DNA from: Amphiscolops sp. MND2022
Taxonomy: Eukaryota
DNA length: 64,000 nt
Assembly: GCA_964187785.1 (NCBI GenBank)
Contig: OZ076421.1
Location: 46,748,001-46,812,000, forward strand
Reading direction: 5' to 3'
The position numbers and the translations under genes were made by a program. A model generated the notes under the pieces. That model saw only the letters and a list, made by a program, of their open reading frames with translations, was not told the DNA's origin and did no database searches. Below are positions 12,601 to 22,592 of this stretch, in pieces (positions within the stretch are counted from its first letter, which is position 1; each line of letters begins with the position of its first letter).

Positions 12601-12688
12601 TCTCGCCTGATTTCATGCTCGATGGACTGCTCTGACTACTGTTTCCTCTGGTAACCCAGCTTTTGAACAGGGCTTTGGCTTTTTTCAT
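3692..12688 (-). CDS. Gag-Pol polyprotein, 2998 aa, single uninterrupted ORF with a long C-terminal extension
   Basis: Zinc knuckle CVNCGDPSHFVADC (~10860-10900); protease IDTGS (DTG at 10031-10039) and LLGRNFL; RT YIDD; RNase H LDTDAS and DNQAL; integrase HHCC zinc finger, D-D-E core (QFDH, QSDN, LVERQN) and WRGPHKV; then ~900 further residues. Confidence 0.97.
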   Translation of the reverse strand: MKKAKALFKSWVTRGNSSQSSPSSMKSGEIEYLKSLNESNRQSSGFHATNPFASDVEELSRLSARAEIAADDMIANMFLYDVMSDNVSIADQNSQMAYFSQLNHSRASSDSANFVNGTAMNCGNVWPPMNNSAIDWGDWPNSNGEQAKSSDISKWVENMNAGTAFGEITPQMSLDVDPLGSGVPVFAASRNAVANKTEGYINQDKTETSITSVKSLTEKLISEMTAIMAQRDQQADERLTLISETMHRRDLDVDKRMVDLMTTVQELTLGVKAVVATVPSRPSPVPVALNPANAPSDNASSIQQPTNREIVQRQSRTKLDQRNLNPETVEEAAKGNTPNTIHGQTLAEAITTAMSKGLEPLLAAKEAKNMPTKYRGARDGIIDGWLMLMKRYLEKAHAKDTPLDRAWTIVEFLENEAQDYIMNKSEAERDTDEKVFALLARRFGTGSSKFQIQQQFRTRNQSDNEDYMQYLDALEGLRSQGFPNEDVTVRRYEIMQRFIEGVRNFELKRNLALMYAQEQYVDTPPTVEALRFTVQQYLHMRGPIRSENYPAPQQQQQPLLARQQNPILAAAPQAPNWQLPPQPLAVRQQPPKPSRACVNCGDPSHFVADCTLKDRAHKPVPQLVTSCRTNPAGEWSCPSNSQGMNNDVVPAALPAQAPPTLRVTFDCTGNTASECMVPGNAATEEQVKAAWYAPVANSADIIDTDDQIRVISISEEGGPSRPVVVTCGEKQILTTLEAPAPDCTETLISIHLLLSAEQKARPNLTLAQLKEELCRNTNLTIASRPLPHFTRSDETKLAPIQKVKTIAPVPIAITVDGVDMKFDAIVVLEGHFPQGLYLGTQELRCYNIGVQDAQGEAQIDERASLVVAFGTTLQKPIPLFGMIDTGSGVSILSLSAYKKIAPQHELNLSPYDLELFAANGKTITAVGIAEDVSFQLGGHTLKTNFVVIADHIGSEDFLLGRNFLRTYNVLVDLAAMKVTIRNPETPRIFKAIHEVSDQDPSFVVSAEEVTLGPFERKVVRAKIITQQPNEFRFRNVMVHPCSIRSNSLFDSEDTLTSVGEDGVVFLALRNQTAKEGVRIKEQTVVGKAVLTNFVFNSVPIQDSREASKLSAEFVNQVHRDLDLDTSSEFSSFAQNFLSSTEPSEMGLSENGKRKRTDPLLLKPIPGPDLSSVLSSWGEGARDKLASVLSEYDDLFMKNKSDIGRCKIAKHRIELEPEAIPHREGARRMSPDKAAKANQEVQNLLALGLIQPSYSPWASGIVMVKKKSGELRFCCDFRPLNDVTVKDAFPLPRIDESLSRIANAKIFTSIDLAWAFWQIPLKKRDRRKTAFACELGLFEWRRMPFGLCNASATFQRSITRALQKIQQRHGSVVMAYIDDIVIATETIEDHLERIREVFECLREAGFKMRAEKCDFMRTETKYLGRVVSAEGIKPDPAAVSKIKEWMPPRNKEELQSFLGFANYYRDFIPFHAAKVQPMQELLRKNQHFYWKEKHQEAFDSVKQALADATALAAPNEEGRFVLDTDASAVAIAGILHQEQQHNGKTILRPIVYGSKSLTRTQMNYGAPKLEMYAVFYFIEKFHSYLAGREFTLRVDNQALSWLKTYSMDQAMIGRWIARLDQYHFKTIHRPRTQHRNADGLSKRTNDYVHREKIVEALPEVSRGFSFMSQKDYEELPTVPYIDKHGKFIRNHPELPPEARAQLPVLYILKKPPKEDLTSDQSLSSIPWYPQVQWENTPTSTENDRPNCILSVTTKVPAARLDTTKRDPALRRLPMQCQEQADVLRLVGTELHEHQSTMRGLKDLHLAQNRDVHLLALKKLMKNEPLDDTLFPEDVQDFAKRYYHQKKDLLFLNQNDILCVNYIPQQRAMHVRPCMIVMPQLYQHEILYRAHDESGHQGVGKVLARIQERHTWPGIKRDVVNHIKHCLTCQQTKHPAGNPCYPLQSINSSNFNDLVQFDHLKLCKTTSGNNGLLVIIDHFTKFAEAIPCAHDEYDAQTTAKIILNKWFARHGTPARMQSDNATNFTAEIAQELMKASQVTKVTSTPAHPRGNGLVERQNRTLLTLLRVYTSRRMLDWDEHIDGVLGAYNSTRHATTGFSPYMLQHGAEKSIPLSFIYPEFAAREFESKEEFVEHLLARQQEIHELVRRNTHQAQVRQKQKFDRHLKAKAHAVGDAVWVFCHIIPKGGTRKLLRAWRGPHKVTDVLQDGRLYVLDTGQKVHFERLKKHVPAPWDWAAHQPFGLDQNVAIIADPYVEESNEEITSDISRDSFLPEQLPEASFEMEPTAPVPPRTIQTRTQSALEQGIPRRRFSHFGYPSESESDQEPVEQPIEETQQPMVCPEIDDLEPLYSDQEEVLPEPAPSLVPSPSGTSAPLLSNPALTDTLSNFPLFSSRAGSSVELELAEEAEPQEGTGGETQEPGQSMETLPSSGRTATKRGRPRGRPPGRRRGSTTSSSRALTRAHRPYTRSRGRVRTRAQFQTLERAMTLPNIAESISPEQREAEQPTPSQAPPYQLRRNRAPRYRCGTCGSRNCSCLNLIRGRPPDKRLARGVDAPATDSADTEAIEDHMQHTIRSIQAKDQDIPQVHHIVITTEKTYSSIGPGVVPPLETTLKAMQETSSSDCPTYRFKEWTWQEKSGLEFTLAAIIPPLPPSMVFGKLEPEDTKVAMVRCITAQKLWQQYGVTSPPGDVYHPTAGWWLLVTSLDETSPVNPGTLLICLENLRTLVEFEDTLCFHLADIYRGKFLSQHWLQLLAITFCRQTKIRLLDKYTYAFENPVTVLEALSVVHDWSCTNLGDRPLRRTVWQDHKAILDHLTPNQDNQSTVTGKLLTTHPKVKPNYLSWISYEETDILQARDTVAICCPADLLSYSAMARYVIREYGQEEIFRLRPAVGKAVHLTRSPSAPWNNEMFLLVTRASSKHPILHDVLHLCLTDLVQKLERAQITRIHLPIYDPERSINMLPAWYSMLRDHFIDSSVDIVLHDRVYVSIALVKKHLNQLKPKA

Positions 12689-15600
12689 TACTCACTCTAT
12701 CCTTCTTTGTGCAAAGTCAAACGCAAGACAAATAAAAATAGGAAGTTTTTAATGTACTTCCTCACTATGGTTTAAACTAAACTATGGGACCACTACGTTC
12801 TTGAGCTTGCAGCTCGCAATTGCCTACTAGGTTCTACGTAGAATGAAGTTGGCCTGCAAACTACAATCTTCAGATTACATGCACTGGTGCTAGTCACCAC
12901 TAATCAGAACAGAAAGGTTTGCTACCCCGCTAACTGGAGATAGTTATCCTACGAAAAGTTAAAGATGAGTCTTTTAGGTTTTTTTTTGTTTTTTTTTTTG
13001 AAGTACTATTAGAGGTTACTCACACTAAACTACGCTTTATCCAGCCACAGGCTATGCGGTTGGAATGAACAGAAAGATTTTGGCACGCTAACAGAGCCTT
13101 ATGGAGATTTATTCAAGAAATCTCCGCACTTTATTCTGTGAGCGCACTCTATGTCACTCGCACTGCCCTTTATGAGGAGAGCACAAGTAGGGTTACTACA
13201 AAAGGGAACTCAGGGAATAGACCTTGAGGGTGAGTAGGTGCTAGGACACTAGCCAACAAGAGAGTTGTACTAATCTGATCGTAGCACAATCAATGGAAAC
13301 ACAGTTCTTCACACTTTCAGATGCTACTGTACTTGATGTTCTTTTGCGAGACGCAGCGCGTCCAAAGTCTTAGTCTCCTAGGAAACTCTTAAATGCGTTC
13401 TGGCTCTCACACGCTGCCTCTCAGTCGAAGTGTGCGCGGCAATAACTATCAGTTCGCACTTAGGTGACTCTGGTGGCTGTTGGTAGAGAAAACACGATTT
13501 TGTGGTTTTTCACTTCTAAGTCTCGTAGACAATTTTTCCACGAACCCAAGATCTTAGGGTTGAGCTAGCCCTATACTGATTGCCTCGGCAGGACGTGCTA
13601 TGGGTGCCTGGTGTAGAATTAGGGTCTTTTGAGCCCTCACTCGCAACTACACTTACGAAAATTATGCGAATTTTCGCAAAATTCCTCAAAATCGGCAATT
13701 TTTTCACCAAAGTGCACGCCTGGGGATGGTGGAAATCACTTCTAGGGCTAGTAGCGACCTGAAAATTTAACACGGTATACTACAGTGGCTAAATCGTGGG
13801 AAACTAACCGCCGATTGCGCCAAATTTGTTTCCTCGTGACTCAGGGTCGCTCACCAATGTTACTTGAAAAATCGACTATGTTGCGAAATTCGCACAAGTC
13901 TGTCAAACTCGCCTTCCAGGCTTCCTAGCTACTTGAAATTTTGTATGCGAGCGTGAATTATGCCCACGTAACAGAAAAACAATATAGCGGGGTTCCCAGG
14001 TCGATATTTGGCAATCCGAGTTGACAAAACTATTATGTACCCTATATGTCACCTTCAGAGGTCAAAATTCACAAAATTGTCAATTTCTCCAAGTTGGGCA
14101 GTAGCAAGCTGCTCAAAATGCACAAATCGTCGGGATCGAGTGCCGTATGCACGAAAATGCAAGAATTTTAGTGCTGGGATACCTGCAAGGTATTGCACTA
14201 TGCTCAACTAAAATTCAATTTTTTCGACATTTCCATACGGTTTTTGAGCAAAACTGCGGCTAAGATTTCTCAATCACTAGTAATGGTAGCGCTACGAAAA
14301 TTACACCACTAACGTAACTTTTTGCGGTCTACACGATGGTGCAATCCGTTTTGGGCTACTCCTGCTAGGAGAGATTTCGACCTGTCTTGGGTACACTACT
14401 CCAGTGTTCCGAAAATGTCGCAAAACTAGCACGTTTTGGGCTATTTCTCAACAACCACTGGTTGGAATCACTCGCGGTTTTCGGCGTTAGTAATCTAGTA
14501 CTCCCTACTAACAGAAAATAGGCGAGCGAAACCTGGCAGGTTTCCAAATAAGGTCTCTCAAAATTGATTTTAGGTTACACCTTGGACACTCTGGGAACAC
14601 CTATGAAAAACACGTATTTTCCCTAGGAACTTTTTATTCTTCGGTTCCCAGAGGTTCAGAATAAATCTAAACGTAATGTAGTAAGGCGTAATAACTTTAT
14701 TCAGGGGATTGGGGTTGTTTCAATTATTAGTTTTGATGTTATAACTCTCAGGTCTATGGGGTCCTCTACTCAGGTCTATGTATAACAAAAGAAAATCAGG
14801 GGTTAAAGTTTCAATTTATATTGGGGGCTGCTAAAAATTGTCTTGGCAGTAATATCTCGTACCACCAAGCTCGGGGACAACGTTTTTGGGGCGGTCTAAA
14901 AGCTTGGGAACAAGCGCCCAAGGCTTCGCCCTCACCAATTTTGGTCTTCTAGGCCAAAATTGATGTTTCTTCAACAAAAATCGCTAATTTTTTCGGTGTT
15001 TCAGTAATTTAGCCTAGCAAATTTTTCTGTTCCTGACCTAACAGGTCTGATGGAACGTTTTTATTGTATTCCCACTGGCCGTACCCTCTTCTGAAAAATT
15101 TTGATTTTTGAAAGTAACTGTATCAAGAGTCGAGCTATGTCAGGTGTTATAGATAACTCTCTATATTTTTTCAGAAAACGATCGGAATACCCAGTGGGTA
15201 TTTTTCTCAGTTCTTACTAGTGAGGGTACGCCTGGAAATGGGCTTTTAAGGCCACAAAAACAAAGGGGGACAAAGTAACCCAGCCGATTTGGTGCAATCA
15301 AGTGGGTGAGGGGGGTGGTGTTGAACAGTTCGTCTCCACTTCATCTACGCTGATGGGGTCAGGACTGTTACTCTGCGTGTTCCCCGTCCCAATGCATTGC
15401 AAATAGACTGAAATGGAGCTACAAAACCCTTTAAGACAAAATCCGGTTAAGCCGGATGGTTAATCTCGGTAAATTGAAACGGTGTTGAAACGGTACTCTG
15501 TCTCAAATCGGTTATTTCACCTTCCAGACCCCGGAAACACGCAGGAAACGCAGGAAAAACACTAACACAAGGCCCACAGGGCTAGAATAAGGCAATAAAA

Positions 15601-15695
15601 ACAATCTAGGACTCTCCAACAAGTTTTCCTAGATCCGGACCTAACAGGGCCGGAAAGCAGGAAAAACTCCAATTATGGCGAAAAGATGGAAAAAA

Positions 15696-15713
15696 GTCCC
15701 TTGTGGGGCGCCA
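15696..15713 (-). promoter_or_regulatory. Probable primer-binding site, tRNA-Lys type
   Basis: Minus strand TGGCGCCCCACAAGGGAC matches 15 of 18 positions of the classic tRNA-Lys3 PBS TGGCGCCCGAACAGGGAC, but lies 16 nt from the LTR end. Confidence 0.6.
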
Positions 15714-15729
15714 TAAAAACTATCCTAGA

Positions 15730-16451
15730 TGTAACGTCAAGCTAACAGCTACATTCTAGAACTGGGACAATGCCCAGGTTGCTTGAACAAGAGACCAGTG
15801 CCTTACTACAACCTAAACATCAGTTTTTAGTCCCAAAATGGTCTCAGTAGGGACTTTTCCAAAACGCCGTGGAGACTCCTCATATTAGAGCTCCGTGGCG
15901 ACGTGCCGGCACACTCCAAGTCCGGACACGTCCCACAAGCCTGTAAAAACAATTCCTAATGTTCCTGCGTGTTCCTACATACCTCCGAGGTCCAAAAACA
16001 GGGTCTAGCTGAAACACATTTTATTGGGGGAATAAGTTCTAAATCCACCAAAATAGGGATCTAGTAGATCCACTATCATCGCAAATCTGCTAAACAACAT
16101 CAAAAACATCTAAATAAACTGAATTTATCACATTCGGGGTTTGTATCCAGTCTTCAGGGTTCTTTGGGCAACCTTCGAAAAGATACTTCTTTCTTCTGGG
16201 TCATTTTCTGGGATAGATGGCACAAAACCGCGTTTTTGTGGCAGTTCTCAGTTCTTCTGGGGTCTCTGGCACTGTCCTCTGGGATTTCGAGGGTTTTTTC
16301 GGGGTTCTCGGGCTTTTTTCGGCTCTTTTTTGTCCTTTTTTGGGGACCTGCTAGGTCGGCCATTTTGAATGCTCTTATTTGATATCGCACACTTTTTGAA
16401 TTTGAACGAAATTTTCAAAAATTGATATAACGACTTTTGCTGGACGTTACA
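15730..16451 (-). repeat. 5' LTR of element A
   Basis: 721/722 identity to 1686-2407; TG...CA termini. Confidence 0.97.
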
Positions 16452-17538
16452 CAAATTGGTTGTTTGACGCGGCCTAAAATAGCAACGCTCGGTGGTTGAG
16501 GATCATAAGGTGGTTGGGAATATATTAGGAAGAAACAAAATTTATCAAATAGTTTGAACAAATACTCCCCAACTGGAATAACGTTTGAAACAATTAACTA
16601 ATTACTTCAAAATGAATCGTTCATTTTATCACTTTAACTTAATTTATTGTTCGAAAAAACGTAAAACGGACTTGAACGTTCGGTAACCGAAACGGTATGC
16701 GCATTTGGCAGTTCACGAACATTCACAAATTTATAAAACAACAACAAATTTATATTTTATAAAACAACAACCCCCCCCCCCTCCGCCAATGGAAAAACAT
16801 TGTAAAATTGATTCCCTAATTTTACTGATTTTATAATTAATTATTTCATTGTTCGATGTACGCTTTAGGAAGTTCTCGTCCACTTATGTTCAAACTGATA
16901 AAAATTATGAAGAAATATTCCGGGAAGCCGGTCCTGGAGGATTGAAAAAAATTTGTTTGGGCTTTTTGACTTATTGTTCTTTCTGCATCAAATAAATTTT
17001 GAACAATAATTGTTTTTTGATCAACAATTTAGTAGACGCAATAAATTAAGTAATTTTGGGGCAAAGGAAAATACAATATATTTTTTGTGAGAGTACAATA
17101 AATAATGTTTTCATATCTTTACAGCCTGGTAGAAATTCACGTTTGGAACAAGATCGTATGAAAAGGGCAGGGATACGCAGTAATGTTACAATACTACTGC
17201 TTTTCCACAGCAATAACTCATATTTTTTTGGCCTGTTGAATAAAATTTTAAAATTTTTGTTTTGAATAATTGCAAGATATTTTTTTTCAAAACGCAATAT
17301 TCAGAACGTTGATTATCACCAGGAATCAACGAACTTTGAACATTTTGACTATTCCAAAGGGACCTATTACCATGAGAAAGCAAGTCTTTTTCAAAGCAAA
17401 ATAATGAGGTTTGTATGTCCGGTTTTCAAGGTCTGTTTAGGTATTATTCCACAGAAATTTTAGGAAATTTAGAAGTTTGACACAGTTTTTCCGCAATTTG
17501 TATAGCTAAATTCTGAAAAAAATTATTAGAAAAAATTT

Positions 17539-17690
17539 AAGTCAAAGAATAAAGTATTTTGAAGAAATATTGCAGTTAATTATTTATTGCTTGTCCCCAA
17601 AAAGGGAATATAAAAACAATTCAAGTCAAAGAAAAACTCATTTTGAAGAAATATTGCAGTTAATTATTTATTGCGTGTCCCTAAAAAGGG
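17539..17690. repeat. Imperfect tandem duplication, 84-bp period
   Basis: GTCAAAGAA...TTTTGAAGAAATATTGCAGTTAATTATTTATTGC occurs from 17541 and from 17625. Confidence 0.85.
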
Positions 17691-20600
17691 TCATCTTTCA
17701 GCGCAAATGTTTCCTCTGAACGCAAACTATACAATCGAAAGAGTAAATTTTCATTGACAGTGAATAGCGGATAGATTATGTAGACATCAATTTTTTCATT
17801 GAACTAAAAGTTCAACCCAAACAATGTCGACATATTGGTAATTAAACCTTCTGTCTTTTTCCCCTCCACAGTTGAGGAACAGATGACATGGTCCATGAAT
17901 GTTTCTTTGAGAAGCACTAGTTCTCCCTGTTCCTTTGCTATAAACGAAAAAAAGAAAAATTTATTGCGTGTAGCGCAGTTCGATAACTACTTTCTGCTTA
18001 CACTCTTTATTCATCTCGATGTTCGGGTTTTGAAACCAAGTTTCGTTTTGAATGAAAGGCGTTTGTTTTCCGAGCAGCCGCTTGTTTATTGGGAATCAAC
18101 TCTCTTGTTTTTGACAACAAAAAAATGAGTGAGCTAAAAATTTTTCTAGTTGAACAGTGCAGCTTCGTGTAAGCAATGTTTGTTTATGATTGTAACGAAG
18201 CGAGCTGCAAAGTTCAAAAAGGTGACTCATCTCATCGCTTCTTCCAGCGGAGTCGCCATTCAATCTCCACTCTTTCTATCATTTAGTTGCGTTTGCTCTC
18301 AATCAAAATTTGATCACCTATCGTCTACTCGCCTATTCAAATGACAATCTTTCCATCGCTATCAGTGATGATCATGATCGTTTTTCTTTTGTTTGGTTTC
18401 GATGTTTCAGTTTTCCCATTTGTTTCAAAAAGTGAAGTGAAACTTTGAATTTGCTTTTTGATGACATATTTGTTGCATACGGGGAGGTGAAAATTGTCTT
18501 TAGAATTTTCTTTTCAAATTCTGACTTGAAAACTAAAAAAAAAGATCATCACTCATTCTTGGAACAAGATATGCCTTTATACTGCACTGACTGCGCGGAG
18601 GAATTTGAAGCCAATCAAAAGTGGTTGTTCAGTCGCCATCAGTCAAGATGCCTGGGTTAGAAGGGAAAAATCACCGAACACAGGGTTACCGAAAATATTA
18701 TTTAGATAATATTTTTTTCAAAAGTACAATTATTTTATCCTTATTGTCAAGAAAATATTGATTGCAAAATGTGCTGTTTTAGAAAAAGCTTGCCTTTTTA
18801 TATTATTTAAGATCGGCGGTGGTGGCTATTTAAAGGCTTATTAAGAAAGGCTGCTTCGAGGTCTGGCTAGCTAGCTATGAGAAGGTAGAAGTCGATCAAT
18901 AGAATAATATTGAAGTCGACCAAATACTGATTATTAGTTTTCTCTCTCTGAAGGAGTAGAGTTTTACAATCACTCAATATTAAAGAAATGTACATTCTAG
19001 AACAGTCTATAAATATCTAAATACTATTAGTTAATAATGTAGATCAGTACATCATTCCCGGTTTTTAAATAAATTAAAATTTTATATCATATCACGTGAA
19101 ATAAACAAGGTGAAAAATTTTTTGTTTAAATGTTTGTAGGGTTAGCTGAAACTAGCGAACTAGCGTTTATGTTTTGATGGATGATTGGCATAAGTCTGTT
19201 TAGAGGTGGTGTAAGTTCGACTCAATGGTGTACCTCGGATTGTCCATCAAAATTTTTGATTGACATCTCATAAGTGCGACTATAGTTCAAAAGCGTCAAA
19301 GTAGTCTATTTCACTATGCTTTCATCGGGCTTGTTTTTGAACTGGTAGCGGATCGGTTTTATGCCTTTGTTGAAACTGTGAAAAAAGCTTCGCATTTGAC
19401 AAATCTTGAGCATTCATCATATGAGTTAAAGGTCAAAGAGTCATTGAGAAAATTGTTGTTGAAAATTTTGTTTGAAAATTGTCTGAAAAGATTTCAGGTT
19501 GTTTTCAACTTTGGCGGGTGTATTATGTAAGAAATGTTGAAATGTTTGAGAAATTGGGTTTCTCATTATTCGAATTGAGATTGAACAGTGTGCTTGATCT
19601 ATTTTTGGACTCATTTTTGTTGACATTTTGAAAAGAAATTTGTTAACATATTGAATTATTAGGATTGAATAGCACTGAAAAATACTGAGATTAATGCAGT
19701 ATTTATTAAAAATATGTAAATGGCCACAAGATGAGATTAAAATGAGGGCAAATAAATATCGGTGGGAATTTTTTTACATAATTTAAGATAATTTTAATCG
19801 CAAGTACATTTCAATTGAGTTTTTGAAGTTCTACTCATAGTCAAGTACAATGTTCCTTTGTTTTTGTTCAAAAATTATACTATTATCCTCTGAATTATCA
19901 TTTGGATGAGTTCTCTGGATGGCTGAAGAATGGGTTGAAGATGGGTCAGCTAGATGGATGTTGGTCGTCACTGCTGGGTTGATGGGCGGCTGGATTTTCT
20001 GCAAATTCGGATGGGTTCCATTGGATGATGATTGGCTGTAGAATGATGTCATCTGAACTGATTGGATTTCTGCAATGATATTTTTGTTGAAGATTTCATT
20101 AGAAGGAAACGTAAGTATATAATTTGTACACAGAATTGTTGTGTCTTGAAGCTTCAGGGGGGTCTTTTTGAAGTTCGTCATCAGTTGAATCACAATTATC
20201 TGAGGGTCAATATGATGTAAGATTTTGTTTCTTGAGTTCTGTGCAAGATCTATTAGATAAAATTCTCGAAAAAGGTTTTGGGCGGATAGTAGTGTATTCT
20301 GTTTGTGTAGTAGCATCGCATTGGGTGGTATATGTATCCGAATGCTTATGAATTTTGAGGTATTGTTCAAAATTAATCTTCGTAACTTGGAAGATTTGAA
20401 ACATGTTTAGAAGAATTAATCGGGTTAAATGAGGGTCAGCTCGTTTTTCTTTCGTGAGTTGTGTATAAATTGTTGTTATATGATTTTTTCAGGATGAGAG
20501 ATCGGAGTCGAGTTTAGGGAACTGAAAGCAGAGGGGCAATTGACGAATCTTCAACAGTGGAATCTGGTGATGTCATCTGGGAAGAATTTGAAAGAATTGA

Positions 20601-21840
20601 CTGAATAATTGAAGAGTTGTCGCTCAGAGCCTGTGGATCAACGTCTTGAGATGAGGAAGAACTGTAGAAGTAGAAGTTTTGGCGAATTTCACCTAAAATA
20701 TATTGGTTTGTTCACAATGAATTTCTTTAAAAAGTGGAGTTTTATAGTTAACATTTTTGAAGTATTTTAATGTGTTATAATTTTTTAATTTTAAGATTTA
20801 AGTTGGTATATTTTGGAAGTCTTTTGAAGGGTATGCAAATATCTTCCATTTAAGATCTTATTGGTTAAAATCGGTCCAATTAAAATGGTTAAAAGGAGGA
20901 GCATTTGAGTAATTTTGTTAAAATTTTTTATGTCGCTATTGAAAATTTTGTTGTTATTTCCGTATAAAGTGCATTTTATTACTTAATATAGAGTATAATC
21001 ATGCATAGCAAGCATATACGGATAAACTCAATTCATTTTGACAGGCTGTTAAAAGATTAAGTGATAAGTGTTAACAATTACAAAGCTATTATCCCATAAT
21101 TACCAGTTAAGGTCTTTGCATTTTTTCAAATGTGTAGTTGAGTTCATCTAAAAATGTGCGTATGCACGAAGCTGATTGGCTCACTCTGGTCGTATCAAAT
21201 AAGATACTTTGTATTAAATTTCGAGCTTGTTCAAGGGTGTTTACAATTTCGGCAATGGTGACAATAATATCTCTTCTTGAATGATGATACGGTTTTCTGA
21301 CATCCAATATTTCTTTGTATTTTTGTAATTCGTCAGTTGGAAGGAAACTTTGTGGTTGAGAAATATCAGTTTTAGTCTTCATTGGAGAGTCATGTTTTGT
21401 CTTTTTTCGTTCTTTATTATTTCCTTTTACAAGAAGTGAAAGCAAATGAGAAATAATGAATATTAATTCGTTATATGAATGTCCCTTTTTGGTCAGAGCA
21501 TAATAATAAGACTTTCACTGTCTCCCAGAGGTTGAGAGAGGCAATGTGTTGAAGTGGAGGAAGCGGGTCGGTTATATTTTGAGGTATATCTTCCTGTAGT
21601 AGCGAATCGTCGTTCAAAATGAGGTATTATTGTGGAACAATAATTGGTCTTTTTGGGTAATCATTTGGCAGAAAAAGAAAACTTTGTTTCAAAGGGTCGT
21701 AATTTCGGAGATTTCCTTTTGTTTTAGTATGATCTATCAGATATTATGAGTTGAAAGTGAAGGCTGAATTTCATTTTGGATGGAAGAATAAACAATTTTC
21801 AGGTTCTTTGTATTGAAGAAATTTTTGTTAAGTAACATGG

Positions 21841-21944
21841 TGAGATTTCTTTATATGGTACGGTAGGAAATTTGCATCGTTTTCTTCAGTTCTGAGATTT
21901 CTTTATATGGTACGGTAGGAAATTTGCATCGTTTTCTTCAGTTC
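21841..21944. repeat. Perfect 52-bp tandem duplication
   Basis: TGAGATTTCTTTATATGGTACGGTAGGAAATTTGCATCGTTTTCTTCAGTTC twice in a row. Confidence 0.95.
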
Positions 21945-22592
21945 TGAGATGATATAAAGATGGTCTGAGGAAATTGTATTGGAGTGAAAAAATTTTTACT
22001 TTATTGTTTAACCACCAGTCATAAGGGGTGATTAATTTCGAAGCAATTGAAATATGATAATCATTTTTGAATTCTCTAATGATGAATTTGTATTTTGTTG
22101 GAATCATCTATAATGAGGTTAATTGAGATTGAACTGGAAATTGTTTTGATGACAACATAGGAGTTAATTCACAGTCACTATCTTCATCTTGTATTACTGG
22201 TTTTATGAAAGGAGGGCAAGCGCCAGATTCCATAAAAGGCTTGTCAGCAGTTATATCTGGGTATTTTCGTTTTTGAGATCTTTTTATATGATCAACTTGA
22301 TCAACTGGAATAACTTCCATGGTATCTTGAGACTTTGAAGATGAATTATTATCTTCGTTAACATTTTGTTGAATGGTTATGTTTAAAGGGGATGTAAGCA
22401 ATTCAAAAGGGCTAGAATTAACTACATCAATATCGGCAAAGATTTGCTGTGGGAAATTTGTGTTGAGTTGAGGTAGGCAACTTGTCCAAATGAGAATTTG
22501 AGTTCGAATGAAAGTAAAATTATTGGTGAATTTGTTGTTAGTTTTTTGAACTTTTTTGAGTTAATTTGTTTTATTTGGTTTTTGCTTTTCGG

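Larger units (their letters stand above)
1686..16451 (-). mobile_element. Element A: full-length young Ty3/Gypsy LTR retrotransposon (14.8 kb)
   Basis: Two 722-bp direct repeats with TG...CA ends; PPT and PBS-like sites in the expected positions for a minus-strand element; one ORF with domain order Gag-PR-RT-RH-IN. Confidence 0.97.

Noticed and set aside
3870-12635. Many plus-strand ORFs opposite the polyprotein of A (similar ones lie opposite pol of C and E)
   Set aside because: Short shadow frames of a long coding strand, with no splice pattern or motifs, unlike the real antisense genes.
18780-19140. 3' LTR of element B
   Set aside because: It has TATA-like and LTR-like composition, but there is no second copy, PPT or TG...CA boundary in the window to support it.
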